Source: Vicugna vicugna (taxonomy: Eukaryota). Taken from it: a stretch of DNA of 64,000 nucleotides. Below, piece by piece: positions 61,901 through 64,000 of the stretch (position 1 is its first letter; each line of letters begins with the position of its first letter). The position numbers and the translations under genes were made by a program. Where the stretch lies: NCBI GenBank assembly GCA_013265495.1, contig MU057947.1:1573070-1637069 (forward strand), given 5' to 3'. The notes under the pieces were generated by a model, which was not told the DNA's origin, searched no databases, and was given only the letters and a program-made list of their open reading frames with translations.

Positions 61901-64000
61901 CTGTGTGGTACTCATTCCAGCACAGACTTGGATCCAAACTCCAGGGGGCTCATCTGGCCGTGGCATCGGTCTATCTCCCCAGGGCTGCCCACGGCCAAGG
62001 GGCTGGCCAAGGGTCACCTGCCGAGGGCCTGACCTCAGAGGGCCTGAGTCAAGATCCAGGGTTACGGAAAAGTCTTTCCTTCCTGGCCCCCGGGAAGGCC
62101 GTCCCTACTTCCAAGGGGCATTTTGCAGAAGGAAGAGGCCCTCAACAGCACGTCCCCAGTGCCTTTATCTAAGCAGACAGGGGTAAATGAATAGTCTTCT
62201 GCTGGGTTTACTCTGCCCCTTACAGCCCGGGTTTTAAAAAGGCTCTCTTGTGGTTTGTACTCGTGAAAACAATACAGAAACAAAAGCTTCCACTTACAGA
62301 TTACAAAACCGCAAACCCAAAGGCCCCTTCCCCAGGCCAGAATCCCCACGGAAGGCCCTAAGCCAGGCCCTTTTAAACCACCAGGAATCCGCACAGCCTT
62401 GCTTCATTATTGCATCAGTTCAGGACTTCCCAAGCTGGAGCATTGAACAAAGGCGATGAAAAGTCGTGTTAATCACTCGGTCCACAAATCAAGCGGCCTT
62501 TCTGGGCCTCATGTTTAAGCAGCTGGAAATCTGATGGGCTTTGCTGTCAAGTCCTCGAGTGTGAGCAGCTCATAAAGGCGGCCGGCGTGCTTTATAGAGA
62601 CCCTCTCTACGGCACCAGCGGGGCACTCGGACTGGCCTTGTCTGTTCACAAGCCGCTTGCAGGCGTCTTCTGAAATCCTTGCAAGGTAGGGGTCTAGGCT
62701 CCCCAGAAAAACTCAGAGCGCTGGGGCTGGTGCCTCATGCCCCCACCTTGTTTCCACCGATTCTCACATGTCGGCACCTAAGAACCAAAGTCTGGATGGA
62801 ATCACCCACTTCAATGAGGCAAGAAAATCTCATTAGTGAAACCACTCAACCGAGGCCACGGGGATACATTCCGAGACCGACCGCGTCAACTTCGCGTCCT
62901 GGGCAGGAGAGGGTGGTGTCTCCGGCAGCCTCCCACGTAGGTTAGTCTGATGCTGTGTTGCTAAGTGGGGCCTGGTTGGTTTCCAAAACAAAGAGGGGGA
63001 GCACTTTGACATTGACGACATGAAACAGATGCTCGCACGTGTTTCTCAAAAGCTCACGCGCCATCACGTCTAGGGAAGATGGTTCGCGTCTCCCAGTGAA
63101 TTCCACCGGAGCAGACTGGTCAGACTGATTCAGGCCCTCAGAATTATAAATATGTCTGCACTGTCAGGCGGAGCGTGGCAGCCAAACTCAGACGCATCCA
63201 TCGTGCGGGTCTCCAGGGAGGAGCCCTGTCCTGGGTGACTCTGTGGGGCAGGAATCTGCTCCATCTCATCGCGTGACTAACGCCTGAGCCCAGCCCTGCG
63301 GGCGATTCGTGGCCACAGGAGTGGAGGAGAGAGAAACAGAAAGAGCCTCTGCTCCAGGGGACATACCCCTCATCTGGGCTCCGCGGGCCCCCCCCGGAGC
63401 CAGTGCCGGGCGGGCCTGGGGGCACGTGCAGCAAGACCAGAGCCCGGGCACTGAGGGGGTCCCGGGGATCCCTGAGTGCCTAGTGGGAGCCCCGCTCCTC
63501 CAGGGGCTGCCACCCCACACGGTCACGTGGCGGCACGGAGGAGGCACAGAGCGGTGGCGTGGCGTCACGTGTCAGTCAGGTGGGGCGGGCAGGCCGGGCA
63601 GGCGGGCTCCCAGGATGGGACTCGGTGTCAAGAATGGAAAGTGGGCAGAGAGGGTGGTGAGACAGCTCAGGGTGGCCGGCGGGGCTGGTGACTGGCGGTG
63701 ACACTGGGTACAAGCTTCCAGGACCATAAGGCCAGTGTACTGGACACAGAACCAGCAACCCCCTTGGGTGGCAGTGACGGTGACCAAATGGGGTCAAGGC
63801 CCTGTGGGCGCTGCCCTCCCAGACGTCTGGAGAAGTGGCCGGAACCGAGGGGCAGGAACGGCCGGGAGCTCCGGCCTTTGTCCCTCACCTCCTGCCTCTG
63901 GGGCGGGGCGCAGAGAGGGGAAGTGGCTTTGCCGGGCGTCTCTGGTGTCCCCGTGGGAGGGAGAGCGGGCACGTGGGGGCAGAGCCTCGGCGAGGGAGAG

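Noticed and set aside
54827..64000. Further TCERG1L coding exons
   Set aside because: No frame containing the expected ...[10 protein letters not shown] with a donor site was found; treated as intron.

Overview
Mammalian genomic DNA, GC-rich and subtelomere-like. It is most likely from a camelid (alpaca/camel/llama), judged by a Vic-1-type tRNA-derived SINE at ~45.9-46.06 kb and no recognisable Alu, CHR or BovB elements. The only protein-coding signal I can support is the 3' end of TCERG1L on the minus strand. It has three coding exons (54737-54826, 50849-50967, 46838-46994) with consistent GT-AG sites and phases, encoding the FF-domain C-terminus, plus a ~680-nt 3' UTR with AATAAA at 46171-46176. 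Upstream exons are not found and probably lie beyond position 64000. Positions 1-46 kb are gene-free downstream DNA containing L1 fragments (two with clear target-site duplications), a dense ERV-LTR cluster at 21.7-26.9 kb, fossil hAT transposons, MaLR/MIR/L2 remnants, a 20-bp minisatellite with 100-bp higher-order structure, microsatellites and AT-rich motif-dense islands that may be enhancers. Nearly all ORFs in the supplied track are chance products of high GC content. I found no convincing new biological system; the findings are local structural oddities and testable regulatory hypotheses. Repeat family names come from recalled consensus sequences and need RepeatMasker/Dfam confirmation.
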